NCBI GenBank assembly: GCA_963667425.1
Contig: OY763407.1
Span: 2,201,464 to 2,265,463 of the forward strand
DNA: 64,000 nt
Source: a bacterium
GTDB taxonomy: Bacteria > UBP6 > UBA1177 > G963667425
Direction: 5' to 3'
Below, piece by piece: positions 1 to 8,512 of the stretch. The notes beneath the pieces are model-generated. The model ran no database searches. It was given only the letters and a program-made list of their open reading frames with translations, and had not been told where the DNA came from. A program made the position numbers and the translations under genes. The stretch's first letter is position 1, and every line of letters begins with the position of its first letter.

Positions 1-721
1 TTTTGATTTTTTCCTGAACATCCTGAAGTTTGGAAAAAATATCTTTAAAGTTTTCACCCTCTTTTGCAAAAACAAGAGCCTCATCAACAAGAGGAGAAAT
101 TTCATCGCAATTTTTCTTCTCTTCTTCCGCTCTGAGAGAATTTAAATGCTCAAAAGCTGAATCTATATCTCTTTTAAGTTCTTCGGCATGTTTTTTTATT
201 ATAATCTCATTTTTTAAAGAATCTTTTGCAAGCTCTTTAAGTTCCTGGTGTGCTTCTGCAGAAAAAGAAGTAAGTTTTAAAAATGAAGCTATCTTTTCCT
301 TTAAAATCAAAGCTTCCTTTCTGCTTTCCCATGCTTTTTTCAGTTTACTGTTTTTATCCAGAACAAGCTCGCTATTTTCTAATACTGCATCATATGGAAA
401 TTTTTCATTTTCAACAAAGTTCCAGTCAAACTCCAATTTACTGCCAAACCAGCTCTCAAAATCCAACGGTTCACATTTAAGCCAGTTTTCATTAACAAGC
501 TGCTCAAATGTTTCAACGTTTCCGGTATCTTCCTTAATATCGCTTTTTTTAAAGATATTGACATGAACAATTACTGACTGAGTTACATCAAGACCTTCAA
601 TTGCACGATATGAAAAAGTAAAAAAAGCATCGCTTTGAATACCATTTTCAGTTAAAACACCGTTTAAAAAAACTCTTCCGTTATCATTTTTTTGTAAAGA
701 AACAGCAAATTCTTTCTGCAT
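1..721 (-). CDS. Hypothetical coiled-coil protein, possibly DUF349-like; 3' end runs off the window
   Basis: Hand-translated open frame from ATG at 721 (MQKEFAVSLQKNDNGRVFLNG...FSKLQDVQEKIK) with no stop before base 1; GAGGT RBS upstream. Missing from the ORF track because it is truncated. Confidence 0.75.
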   Translation of the reverse strand, partial: MQKEFAVSLQKNDNGRVFLNGVLTENGIQSDAFFTFSYRAIEGLDVTQSVIVHVNIFKKSDIKEDTGNVETFEQLVNENWLKCEPLDFESWFGSKLEFDWNFVENEKFPYDAVLENSELVLDKNSKLKKAWESRKEALILKEKIASFLKLTSFSAEAHQELKELAKDSLKNEIIIKKHAEELKRDIDSAFEHLNSLRAEEEKKNCDEISPLVDEALVFAKEGENFKDIFSKLQDVQEKIK

Positions 722-895
722 AAAAAAACCTCAATATAACAGTTACATCAGCTTTATACAGGAAAAAAAAGAAAAACTCCAGAAAAAACAAATACAAACA
801 TCAAATAATCCTCACAAAAACCTTAAAAATCTCTTTTTTTTACAAAAAAAATTTTTCTCTTATTATCTCTATTGCCTTAAATAGGGAGGAACGGA

Positions 896-1954
896 TTGAA
901 AAGACAAAAATCTTTTAAAATAATTGAAAAAATATTACTTATCATAATTCCTTTGATCTTTTTTCTTTTTACATATGAAAAACCTCAGAAGGAAGAAGAA
1001 AAACCTGAAAATCACACAGAAACCGTACAACAGGAAAATCCACCTGAAAAAAAACCTTCAATTTCCGAAAATCAAAATAATTATGGAACGCTTTTTAATG
1101 AAGAAATAACAGATTTCATAATTAATGAAATTAACAACGCACAATCAGAAATAAAAGGCGTAACTTATACTTTTTCAAACAAAAAAATAGCTGCAGCTCT
1201 TAAAGAAGCAACAGAAAGAGGCGTCAACGTTTCTATTTTTTATGGAAAAGGAAGTAACATTCAACATATGGACGGCGTTTATTTAAGAACAATGGACAGA
1301 GGAATTCTTCATGAGAAATTCCTGATAATTGATGACATCATACTTATTTCATCATCAAACTTATCCTCCGACAAAAGTTCAAACAGCGCCATATGGTTTA
1401 AAAATGCACCAAACCTCAAAACGATTCTGGAAAAGGAAATCTCCGATCTGTTTGCTCCTGTATATAACAAAAAATGTGAAAAAGGGTGCAGTTTCGAATA
1501 TGGCAAGATTTATTTTTCACCAGGGAAAAACTGCACAGAAATCAAAAAAGAGATAACAACAGGGCAAAAAGAAACTTTTCTTGCACTCTACACAGCTACA
1601 TTAAAAAATCCGATGATGAGCGGAATCAAACAGCAGCTTACGAAAAAAGTTAAAGTTTCATCAATAATGGATAACTGGAATGTTGAAGAGGAAATGCCTG
1701 TAAATAAAAAAGCATGCAGCTACATAAAAAATCGTGGAGGCAAATGCGAAATGTGGGATGAAAAAGAACAGGGGAAAAAATTCCACCATAAATTTGCACT
1801 TATAGACAATAAAAAGCTTATCTTCGGATCCATGAACTGGACATCTTCCGGCTGTTATAAAAACAGAGAAATAACTATTGTCACTGAAAATGAAGAAATA
1901 GTCTCTGGTTTTGTAAAATACAAGGATGAACTCAAATCATCTTTTGGATTATAA
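896..1954 (+). CDS. Phospholipase D family protein (two HKD motifs), N-terminally anchored
   Basis: HEKFLIID and HHKFALID...GSMN motifs; N-terminal hydrophobic segment; TTG start after GGAGG. Confidence 0.85.
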   Translation: MKRQKSFKIIEKILLIIIPLIFFLFTYEKPQKEEEKPENHTETVQQENPPEKKPSISENQNNYGTLFNEEITDFIINEINNAQSEIKGVTYTFSNKKIAAALKEATERGVNVSIFYGKGSNIQHMDGVYLRTMDRGILHEKFLIIDDIILISSSNLSSDKSSNSAIWFKNAPNLKTILEKEISDLFAPVYNKKCEKGCSFEYGKIYFSPGKNCTEIKKEITTGQKETFLALYTATLKNPMMSGIKQQLTKKVKVSSIMDNWNVEEEMPVNKKACSYIKNRGGKCEMWDEKEQGKKFHHKFALIDNKKLIFGSMNWTSSGCYKNREITIVTENEEIVSGFVKYKDELKSSFGL

Positions 1955-2528
1955 ACCAGGCTTTTTCCGCTATTACTTCTGCACTATCATTACCATCAAG
2001 AATTTCAACAGACATTTCTCTCTTATATTTTTTTATAAGAAAATCGTAGTTGGCATCGATTTTTTCAAGAAAATCCCTTTTCTCAAAAATCTCTCTGGTT
2101 TCCAGACGTGAATCTATTCTTTTAAGAGCATTATCAACAGAAACAGAAATAAAAAAAGTAAGGTCGGGATTAACGGCAAATTTATTCAGAGATTCTACCC
2201 ACGACATTTCGTTTCTTACAGACTGATAAGCCATTGAAGAAAGCTTATAACGATCACAAAGAACTATTTTGCCACGCTTAACAGCAGGAAAAACATCATT
2301 TTCAATATGATTAAGCCTGTCGGCAGCAAAAAGAAGAGCCATAATTCTATGAGAAGCGTCAGAATCACTGCCCGATTTTAAAAGAGTTCTTATCTCTTTT
2401 CCAACATTAAATGATGTCGGCTCGGAAGTTATATGAACCTTTTCATTAACAGATTCAAGCTTTTCAGCAATATTTTTTATCAGCGTTGACTTTCCGCTTC
2501 CGTCAATCCCTTCAAAAACAATAAACAT
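1932..2528 (-). CDS. tmk: Thymidylate kinase
   Basis: FIVFEGIDGSGKST P-loop; LLFAADR and CDRY..S..AYQ motifs. Confidence 0.96.
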   Translation of the reverse strand: MFIVFEGIDGSGKSTLIKNIAEKLESVNEKVHITSEPTSFNVGKEIRTLLKSGSDSDASHRIMALLFAADRLNHIENDVFPAVKRGKIVLCDRYKLSSMAYQSVRNEMSWVESLNKFAVNPDLTFFISVSVDNALKRIDSRLETREIFEKRDFLEKIDANYDFLIKKYKREMSVEILDGNDSAEVIAEKAWFIIQKMI

Positions 2529-3832
2529 TACAACTGTCCCAGAATCAGCTCTTCATTATTTGTAAGAGTTTCCGTTATTTCGTAACATCCTTCAAGATAA
2601 GCGTTGGCAGCTTTAAGCTTTTCATCTGAGTTATAGTAGATAGTATAAAGAGTATCCCCTTTCTTAACTGCATCTCTTACCTTACGGTTAAGAATAAAAC
2701 CTACAGCCGGGTCAACATCATCTTCCTTTTTAACTCTTCCGCCGCCAAGCTGAACAAGAGCTTTACCCATATTAAGAGCATTAATACCGTTAACAAAACC
2801 ATCCTTTTCAGCTTTAACTTCTATTGAATAATCAGCTTTAGGCATTAAAGAATAATCTTCTACAGCATTTACGTCTCCACCCTGATATTTAACAATTTCA
2901 ATTAGTTTTTTAAGAGCAGAACCATCATCGATGGTTTTCTGAGCCATAGCTTCACCCTCTTCAATAGTCTCAGTAAGACCGTGAAGCTTTAAAAGCATAG
3001 CAGCCATTCTTAAAGTCAGTTCTGAAACCTGTGGAATATATTTACCCTTAAGAACTTCAACACTCTCAATAATTTCAAGAGAATTGCCGACAGCATAACC
3101 AAGCGGCTCATTCATATTACTGAAAACAACAGTAACCTTCTTACCAAGCTCTTCACCAATACCTTTCATTGTTACAGCAAGCTTTTCAGCATCTTCTCTG
3201 GTCTTCATAAAAGCGCCATTACCAACCTTTACATCAAGGATAAGACCATCAATACCTTCTGCCATCTTTTTACTCATGATGGAGCTTGAAATAAGAGGAA
3301 TTGATTCAACAGTTCCTGTAACATCACGAAGAGCATAAAGCTTTTTATCCAGAGGAGCTATTTCTGGAGTCTGACCTATAAGGGAAACGCCGACTTTTTT
3401 AACTTCATCCTCAAAAGCTTCAAGATCAAGATTAACATTGAATCCAGGAATAGATTCAAGCTTATCAAGAGTTCCGCCAGTATGACCTAAACCTCTGCCG
3501 GAAATCATAGGAACTTTGAGACCAAGTGCACCCAAAACCGGAGCAAGCGGAATTGAAATTTTATCGCCAACTCCGCCGGTAGAATGCTTATCAACCTTTA
3601 TTCCTTCGATATTGGAAAAATCCATCACCTTACCGGAATGAAGCATAGTGTAAGCCCATGTTCCAAGTTCCTCACTATCCATACCGTTGATAAAAACAGC
3701 CATAATCATTGCAGCCATCTGATAATCCTTTAAAGAACCATCCATATAGCTCTCAAGAAAATATTTTATATCCTCTGAAGCAAGCTTTTTTTTATCTCTC
3801 TTATCTGAAATAATGTCATAAAAAAGTCTCAT
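2528..3832 (-). CDS. pdp: Pyrimidine-nucleoside/thymidine phosphorylase
   Basis: DKHSTGGVGDK, SGRGLGHTGGTLDKLESIPG and SIMSKK motifs. Confidence 0.95.
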   Translation of the reverse strand: MRLFYDIISDKRDKKKLASEDIKYFLESYMDGSLKDYQMAAMIMAVFINGMDSEELGTWAYTMLHSGKVMDFSNIEGIKVDKHSTGGVGDKISIPLAPVLGALGLKVPMISGRGLGHTGGTLDKLESIPGFNVNLDLEAFEDEVKKVGVSLIGQTPEIAPLDKKLYALRDVTGTVESIPLISSSIMSKKMAEGIDGLILDVKVGNGAFMKTREDAEKLAVTMKGIGEELGKKVTVVFSNMNEPLGYAVGNSLEIIESVEVLKGKYIPQVSELTLRMAAMLLKLHGLTETIEEGEAMAQKTIDDGSALKKLIEIVKYQGGDVNAVEDYSLMPKADYSIEVKAEKDGFVNGINALNMGKALVQLGGGRVKKEDDVDPAVGFILNRKVRDAVKKGDTLYTIYYNSDEKLKAANAYLEGCYEITETLTNNEELILGQL

Positions 3833-3934
3833 AAATCCCCCTTAAAGAACAAAAAATAAAAGCGATTATATTAATTTAAAAAGCAAATGTAAAATTTAGA
3901 ATGAATAAAATTCATTTTCAGGAACTTCTTTTAA

Positions 3935-3963
3935 TTGACATAAAAAACGTTTGCATTTAATCT
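3935..3963 (+). promoter_or_regulatory. Putative sigma70 promoter
   Basis: TTGACA-17 nt-TAATCT upstream of the lipoprotein gene. Confidence 0.45.
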
Positions 3964-3999
3964 TTATTCAGAATTTTTACACAATTAATGGAGTACCAC

Positions 4000-5133
4000 A
4001 TGAAACCCTTGGCAATTTTAGCTCTTATTTTTATGATTTTAATTTCATGCGACGACTCAACAAAAAATGCCGAAGATGGAAAATCCTCATACGGAGCATC
4101 ATCAACAACAACAAATCTGGAATTTAACATTACAATGCTGAATCAGACAAAAACAACATTTACAGGCAAAAAAATCGGAACAGAAACAATTTTTGAGCAG
4201 GAATTCGTCAAGTATGAAGCCAAATCAAATTCATCAACAGATGAAATATACTTTAAACCGTATCCTGTAGGAAACAGTTCAACAATAACATTTGGAGGAC
4301 TCAAAACCAACACAGACATAGAAATAACACCTCATGAACCTGTAACCGTTGAGCTCTACCCTACGATAAACAAAGAAACGGCATACACTGGTGATTTTGA
4401 TGTAAAACTTCCTGGAATGAGCACAAAAAGCACGGTAACCCTGTCAGGCACATACAAACTTGTTTCAGATAATGATTCCGTAGAAACATCTATGGGAACA
4501 GTTCACGGACTAAACCACTACACAGGAAGTGGAACCGTTACAGGAAACGACCTTCCGGTTTATCTTAAAAACATACCTCTGACAGCTGAAGTATGGTACA
4601 GCCCTGAACTTGGAGCAGCAATAAAATATCGAGTACCTGAACTTGGAATAGGCGGAGACATAACAGGAACACTTGATTTTGACACAGAAGTAGCAGAAGG
4701 TTACGCATCAGTAAGAAAAATCGGTATAATCAACGAAAATAACCATTCATTTGAACTTAACACATATGAAGCTTTCGGCAAATTTGATGCAGACAAAAAT
4801 ACACATGCAAAAATGCTCCTTGAAATCAGATACATCGATGAAGAAAAAGCAAAAACAGCAGCTGCACCGGGCTATCCGTCAACAAACATTGAATTTGGAG
4901 TACCGAACGGATATTTTCCATCAACACTTACAGAATCATCAGTGAGTATATTCCATCCTGAAGAAAATGGCAAAGGATACAAATTCTTTATCGGATACGT
5001 AGATCAGGCATCCAAAAATTCAACAATAAATCCAGTTTCATATCACATAAAAGTATCGGCGGACACTGATATCACACCAGATATGCGTGTTACAGCAAGA
5101 ATTTATTACAAGAGAATGTCTGAGACAGAGTAA
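4000..5133 (+). CDS. Lipoprotein of unknown function
   Basis: MKPLAILALIFMILISC lipoprotein signal; GGAG precedes ATG at 4000 (ORF track start 3988). Confidence 0.8.
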   Translation: MKPLAILALIFMILISCDDSTKNAEDGKSSYGASSTTTNLEFNITMLNQTKTTFTGKKIGTETIFEQEFVKYEAKSNSSTDEIYFKPYPVGNSSTITFGGLKTNTDIEITPHEPVTVELYPTINKETAYTGDFDVKLPGMSTKSTVTLSGTYKLVSDNDSVETSMGTVHGLNHYTGSGTVTGNDLPVYLKNIPLTAEVWYSPELGAAIKYRVPELGIGGDITGTLDFDTEVAEGYASVRKIGIINENNHSFELNTYEAFGKFDADKNTHAKMLLEIRYIDEEKAKTAAAPGYPSTNIEFGVPNGYFPSTLTESSVSIFHPEENGKGYKFFIGYVDQASKNSTINPVSYHIKVSADTDITPDMRVTARIYYKRMSETE

Positions 5134-5150
5134 AAATCATTATAGAATTT

Positions 5151-6863
5151 TTATTCACCACCAATAAGAAGAAGTGAAAGTTTTTGAGCACCTATAACCT
5201 GCTCCCCGCTTTTAAAAGTAATCAAAAAATTTAATTTATGAGCTCCCCCACCAAAGAAAGGAAATTTAAACGTCATTTCATAATTCAATTCTGTTTCTGG
5301 TTTTGCACCGTAAAATGTTTTGCCTTCTATCTTTTCAACATTTTCTGCTGGTTCAGCAGAAAGGGCTGCTATTTCATAACCATCATATTTTAAAGTTTTT
5401 TCTGAAAACTCATATGGATCCTTATCCATTATCTGTTCTACTGATATAGTTATATTTTTCTTAATATTGTTATCTGTAACAAAAGCGGCTATAGCACTTT
5501 TTAATTTTTCCTTTATTCCATTTCCAAACTCATCATCTGTATGAAAATTATAGTTTTTTAAATCCTGGTTTGTTGTCCCTGTTTCCAGAGCAAACCTTGC
5601 AAGTGACTCATCTGCAGTATCTTTTGTCTGACAATTTTCTCCATTATCATCACATTTAAACTCAGAATTTATACCTATGAATTTTGCGCCGAGACTGTTC
5701 ATCGCAGACAAGGTTTCTTTTATTGTATGTCCTGGGCTTTCATCATCAAGCCAGATAGTTGCAAACTCTTCTGAAGATTCTACATCTTTTGCAAGCTTAA
5801 CCTCCTCGATAACTTCATCCGTAATTACCAGAAACATTGGCACCGCCTCTTTTCTTAAACAAGCGCCCCCTATGTTTCCGAGTTTATTAACACAATTCTT
5901 TGCTGGAAAAGCTACGTCTTCTATACTCTCCGGCAAGACCTCCCCTCCAAAAAGACCGGAAGCAACAGCAACCCGATTAACAAGACCTTTTCCTGTTACA
6001 ACTTGATACATTGTTTCAGCTGTAAGTTCAAAATTGTCTCCTCTATTTTTTACATCTGATATTTTCTGATTAAAAAGTTCCACATCAGAAGTTACCGGAA
6101 GAACAACATTGTATGGTATTTCGACTATTCCAAAACTGTTATTTGAATTATTTGTAATCTCCGCAAAATCTTCATTTATAAAACTCTTTATCTCTTCCCG
6201 AACTTTTGGAAGAGTCTTTTCTGTTGATGCAGTAACATCAATTAAAACAACAACATCCATTGGTAAAACTTTAAATGAAAAAGAGATTTTTTCTGTTTGC
6301 GTTTCTTTACATAAATAAACATATTTAGCATCATCATAAAAACTGCTGCTATCCAATGGATCTGTACGCATAAAAAGTTCTTCGGCGTCATTCATACCAT
6401 CACCATCAGAGTCTGGGTCATATGGATTTAATCCATTTTCTTCTTCATAGCTGTCAGTATAACAATCGCCATCGCTATCTCTATCAAGATAATCTGGAGC
6501 ACCATCATTGTCAGTGTCTTTACAAGGAAGAGATGGGCACTCCTCTCTATCAGAAATTCCATCTCCATCCGAATCATCATCCATACAGTCAGGAAGATTA
6601 TCCCAATCTGTATTATCACATCCTTCAATACTGTTTGGAATACCATCACCATCTTCATCCCCTTCAACATCATCACAGGGACAAACAACTATATCTTCCT
6701 CAGGCTCATCATCAGTATCCAAATCACTATCCTGATTTAAATCTTCATCATTTTGCTCTATAATGAAATCATTATCATTAAGTTTGTTGTTAGTTGTATC
6801 ATCTAATGAGCAGCTCAATAAAAACACAAAAACCAATATAAATACTGTCTTTTGATAATTCAT
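5151..6863 (-). CDS. Lipoprotein with thrombospondin type-3 (Ca-binding) repeats and a VWA-like domain, CglD-like adhesin
   Basis: LLSC lipobox, acidic linker, repeated DxDxDG motifs (DSDGDGISD, DTDNDGAPDYLD), DVVVLIDVTAS MIDAS-like motif, LVITDE. Confidence 0.75.
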   Translation of the reverse strand: MNYQKTVFILVFVFLLSCSLDDTTNNKLNDNDFIIEQNDEDLNQDSDLDTDDEPEEDIVVCPCDDVEGDEDGDGIPNSIEGCDNTDWDNLPDCMDDDSDGDGISDREECPSLPCKDTDNDGAPDYLDRDSDGDCYTDSYEEENGLNPYDPDSDGDGMNDAEELFMRTDPLDSSSFYDDAKYVYLCKETQTEKISFSFKVLPMDVVVLIDVTASTEKTLPKVREEIKSFINEDFAEITNNSNNSFGIVEIPYNVVLPVTSDVELFNQKISDVKNRGDNFELTAETMYQVVTGKGLVNRVAVASGLFGGEVLPESIEDVAFPAKNCVNKLGNIGGACLRKEAVPMFLVITDEVIEEVKLAKDVESSEEFATIWLDDESPGHTIKETLSAMNSLGAKFIGINSEFKCDDNGENCQTKDTADESLARFALETGTTNQDLKNYNFHTDDEFGNGIKEKLKSAIAAFVTDNNIKKNITISVEQIMDKDPYEFSEKTLKYDGYEIAALSAEPAENVEKIEGKTFYGAKPETELNYEMTFKFPFFGGGAHKLNFLITFKSGEQVIGAQKLSLLLIGGE

Positions 6864-6953
6864 AGACTTCTCCTGAATTTTGTAAGCACAATTAATAATT
6901 TATATTGATCTAATTATTAATCAAGAAAATATACATTAAATTGCATAAATTAA

Positions 6954-7014
6954 GCTGTACATTTAAAGCCAAATAAATTTAATAAAAAAGTTAAGAGTGA
7001 CAGCCCCTACCCTT
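6954..7014. repeat. Direct repeat, copy 1 (61-bp core)
   Basis: 58/61 identical to 8452-8512 by manual alignment; weaker similarity extends on both sides. Confidence 0.93.
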
Positions 7015-7133
7015 TTATAGCCCTTTTATTATGAATTATGTTAATGAAAATTTGATTGCCTTAAATTAAAGGTTTATATGTATTTATATTCACCATTATT
7101 TCATTAATTACACTGCAAACATCATTAAAAGGT

Positions 7134-7157
7134 AGAATTTAAGCATACTTAAATTCT
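7134..7157 (-). terminator. Putative terminator hairpin downstream of the AAA gene
   Basis: AGAATTTAAG-CATA-CTTAAATTCT perfect 10-bp inverted repeat, 33 nt past the stop; AT-rich stem. Confidence 0.45.
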
Positions 7158-7190
7158 TTTTGATATCTTTTCCAAAATTGAAGAATCCAA

Positions 7191-8312
7191 TCATCTGAGA
7201 ATCACTAAATCTCTAAAATTGCTTCTATCAATAATTTTTGTATCAGCAGCATATGTTTCCGTAAAAGTTTTTGGCAACTTCAGTCCAGGTTTTGCTTTCC
7301 ATTTAAATTCAAAACCCGTCAACTTACCACCTGATTCTTCAACATAATCAACCTCTTGCTGCTGACGAGTACGCCAGAAATAACTATTAAAAAAACTATT
7401 CTTATATGCATATTGTTTTTTGCGTTCAGATACGAGAAAATTTTCCCACAAAGCCCCTTTATCCTGACGCATATCTAAGGAGTTAAAATTCCCGATAATC
7501 ATATTTCTTATTCCATTATCATAAAAATAAATTTTCCGGCTCTTTTTTATCTCATTCCTCAAGTTTTGCTTATAACTTCCCAATGAAAAAATTACATACC
7601 CCTGAGCAAGGACATTTACGTAATTTTCAACGGTTTTTCTATCAATACCCACTATTTGAGCAAGTTCATTATAATTAACCTCACTTCCCATCTGCAAAGC
7701 AAGCGCCTGAACCAACTTTTCAAGTATTTCCGGTTTTCTTATATTAGCATAAGCCAAAATATCTCTATAAAGGTAACTATTAACTAACTGTTTGAGAATA
7801 TCTTTTTCTTCTCCCGGATTATTTAACACATCAGGATAAAACCCGTATAATAGACGGTTTTCAACCTGTTGCTCAGCAACAAGATATCCGTGATGTTGCT
7901 CATACTCTTCCCAACTAACTGGAAAAAGCTCATATTCCCATTTTCTCCCTGTTAAAGGCTCATTCAACTTATTTGAAAGTTCAAAAGACGATGAACCACT
8001 TACAAAAAGTTGTACCGCTCTAAATTGATCAGTTATTATTTTAAGTGTGATACCAATTCCAGGCACTCGTTGAGCCTCATCAATAAAAACTGTAGTAGCA
8101 TTTCCTATTATTCTACGTAATTCTTCTGTATTAGGATTGGTCAAAAGCGCTCTAACCGTTGGATCATCCGCATCTAAAAATAAATGTTCTCTATCTTTCA
8201 GAAAATTTTGAATAAGAGTTGTTTTTCCAACCTGACGAGGACCAACAACAACAATTGCTTTATTTCCATCAATTTTCTTAGCAATTACAGCATGTAAAGA
8301 CCTTTCATACAT
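7191..8312 (-). CDS. ATP-binding protein, AAA_14 plus DUF4143-type
   Basis: GPRQVGKTT Walker A, FIDEAQ Walker B, SGSSS, LTGR, KIYFYDNG, YFWRT..QQEVD..E, FEFKW; ATG at 8312 follows GGAG. Confidence 0.9.
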   Translation of the reverse strand: MYERSLHAVIAKKIDGNKAIVVVGPRQVGKTTLIQNFLKDREHLFLDADDPTVRALLTNPNTEELRRIIGNATTVFIDEAQRVPGIGITLKIITDQFRAVQLFVSGSSSFELSNKLNEPLTGRKWEYELFPVSWEEYEQHHGYLVAEQQVENRLLYGFYPDVLNNPGEEKDILKQLVNSYLYRDILAYANIRKPEILEKLVQALALQMGSEVNYNELAQIVGIDRKTVENYVNVLAQGYVIFSLGSYKQNLRNEIKKSRKIYFYDNGIRNMIIGNFNSLDMRQDKGALWENFLVSERKKQYAYKNSFFNSYFWRTRQQQEVDYVEESGGKLTGFEFKWKAKPGLKLPKTFTETYAADTKIIDRSNFRDLVILR

Positions 8313-8451
8313 AACTTTCTCCACCAAAAAACACAGAAATTTAGGAACATAATCCCATATTGCTATAACTATTTGGGATTACAATCCCATATTGTTATAT
8401 TATTCTAACCATAATTATGCAAGAAAATATGCAAGGAATTACAGGATTTAG

Positions 8452-8512
8452 GCTGTACATTTAAAGCCAAATAAATTTAATAAAAAAGTTAAAAGTGACT
8501 TCCCCTACCCTT
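8452..8512. repeat. Direct repeat, copy 2 (61-bp core), abutting the receptor stop codon
   Basis: 58/61 identical to 6954-7014. Confidence 0.93.

Noticed and set aside
30-566. 178-aa plus-strand ORF
   Set aside because: Ser/Phe-rich antisense shadow of the real minus-strand gene starting at 721.
6891-6921. 10-bp inverted repeat upstream of the VWA lipoprotein gene
   Set aside because: Arms are A/T only; expected by chance at this composition.
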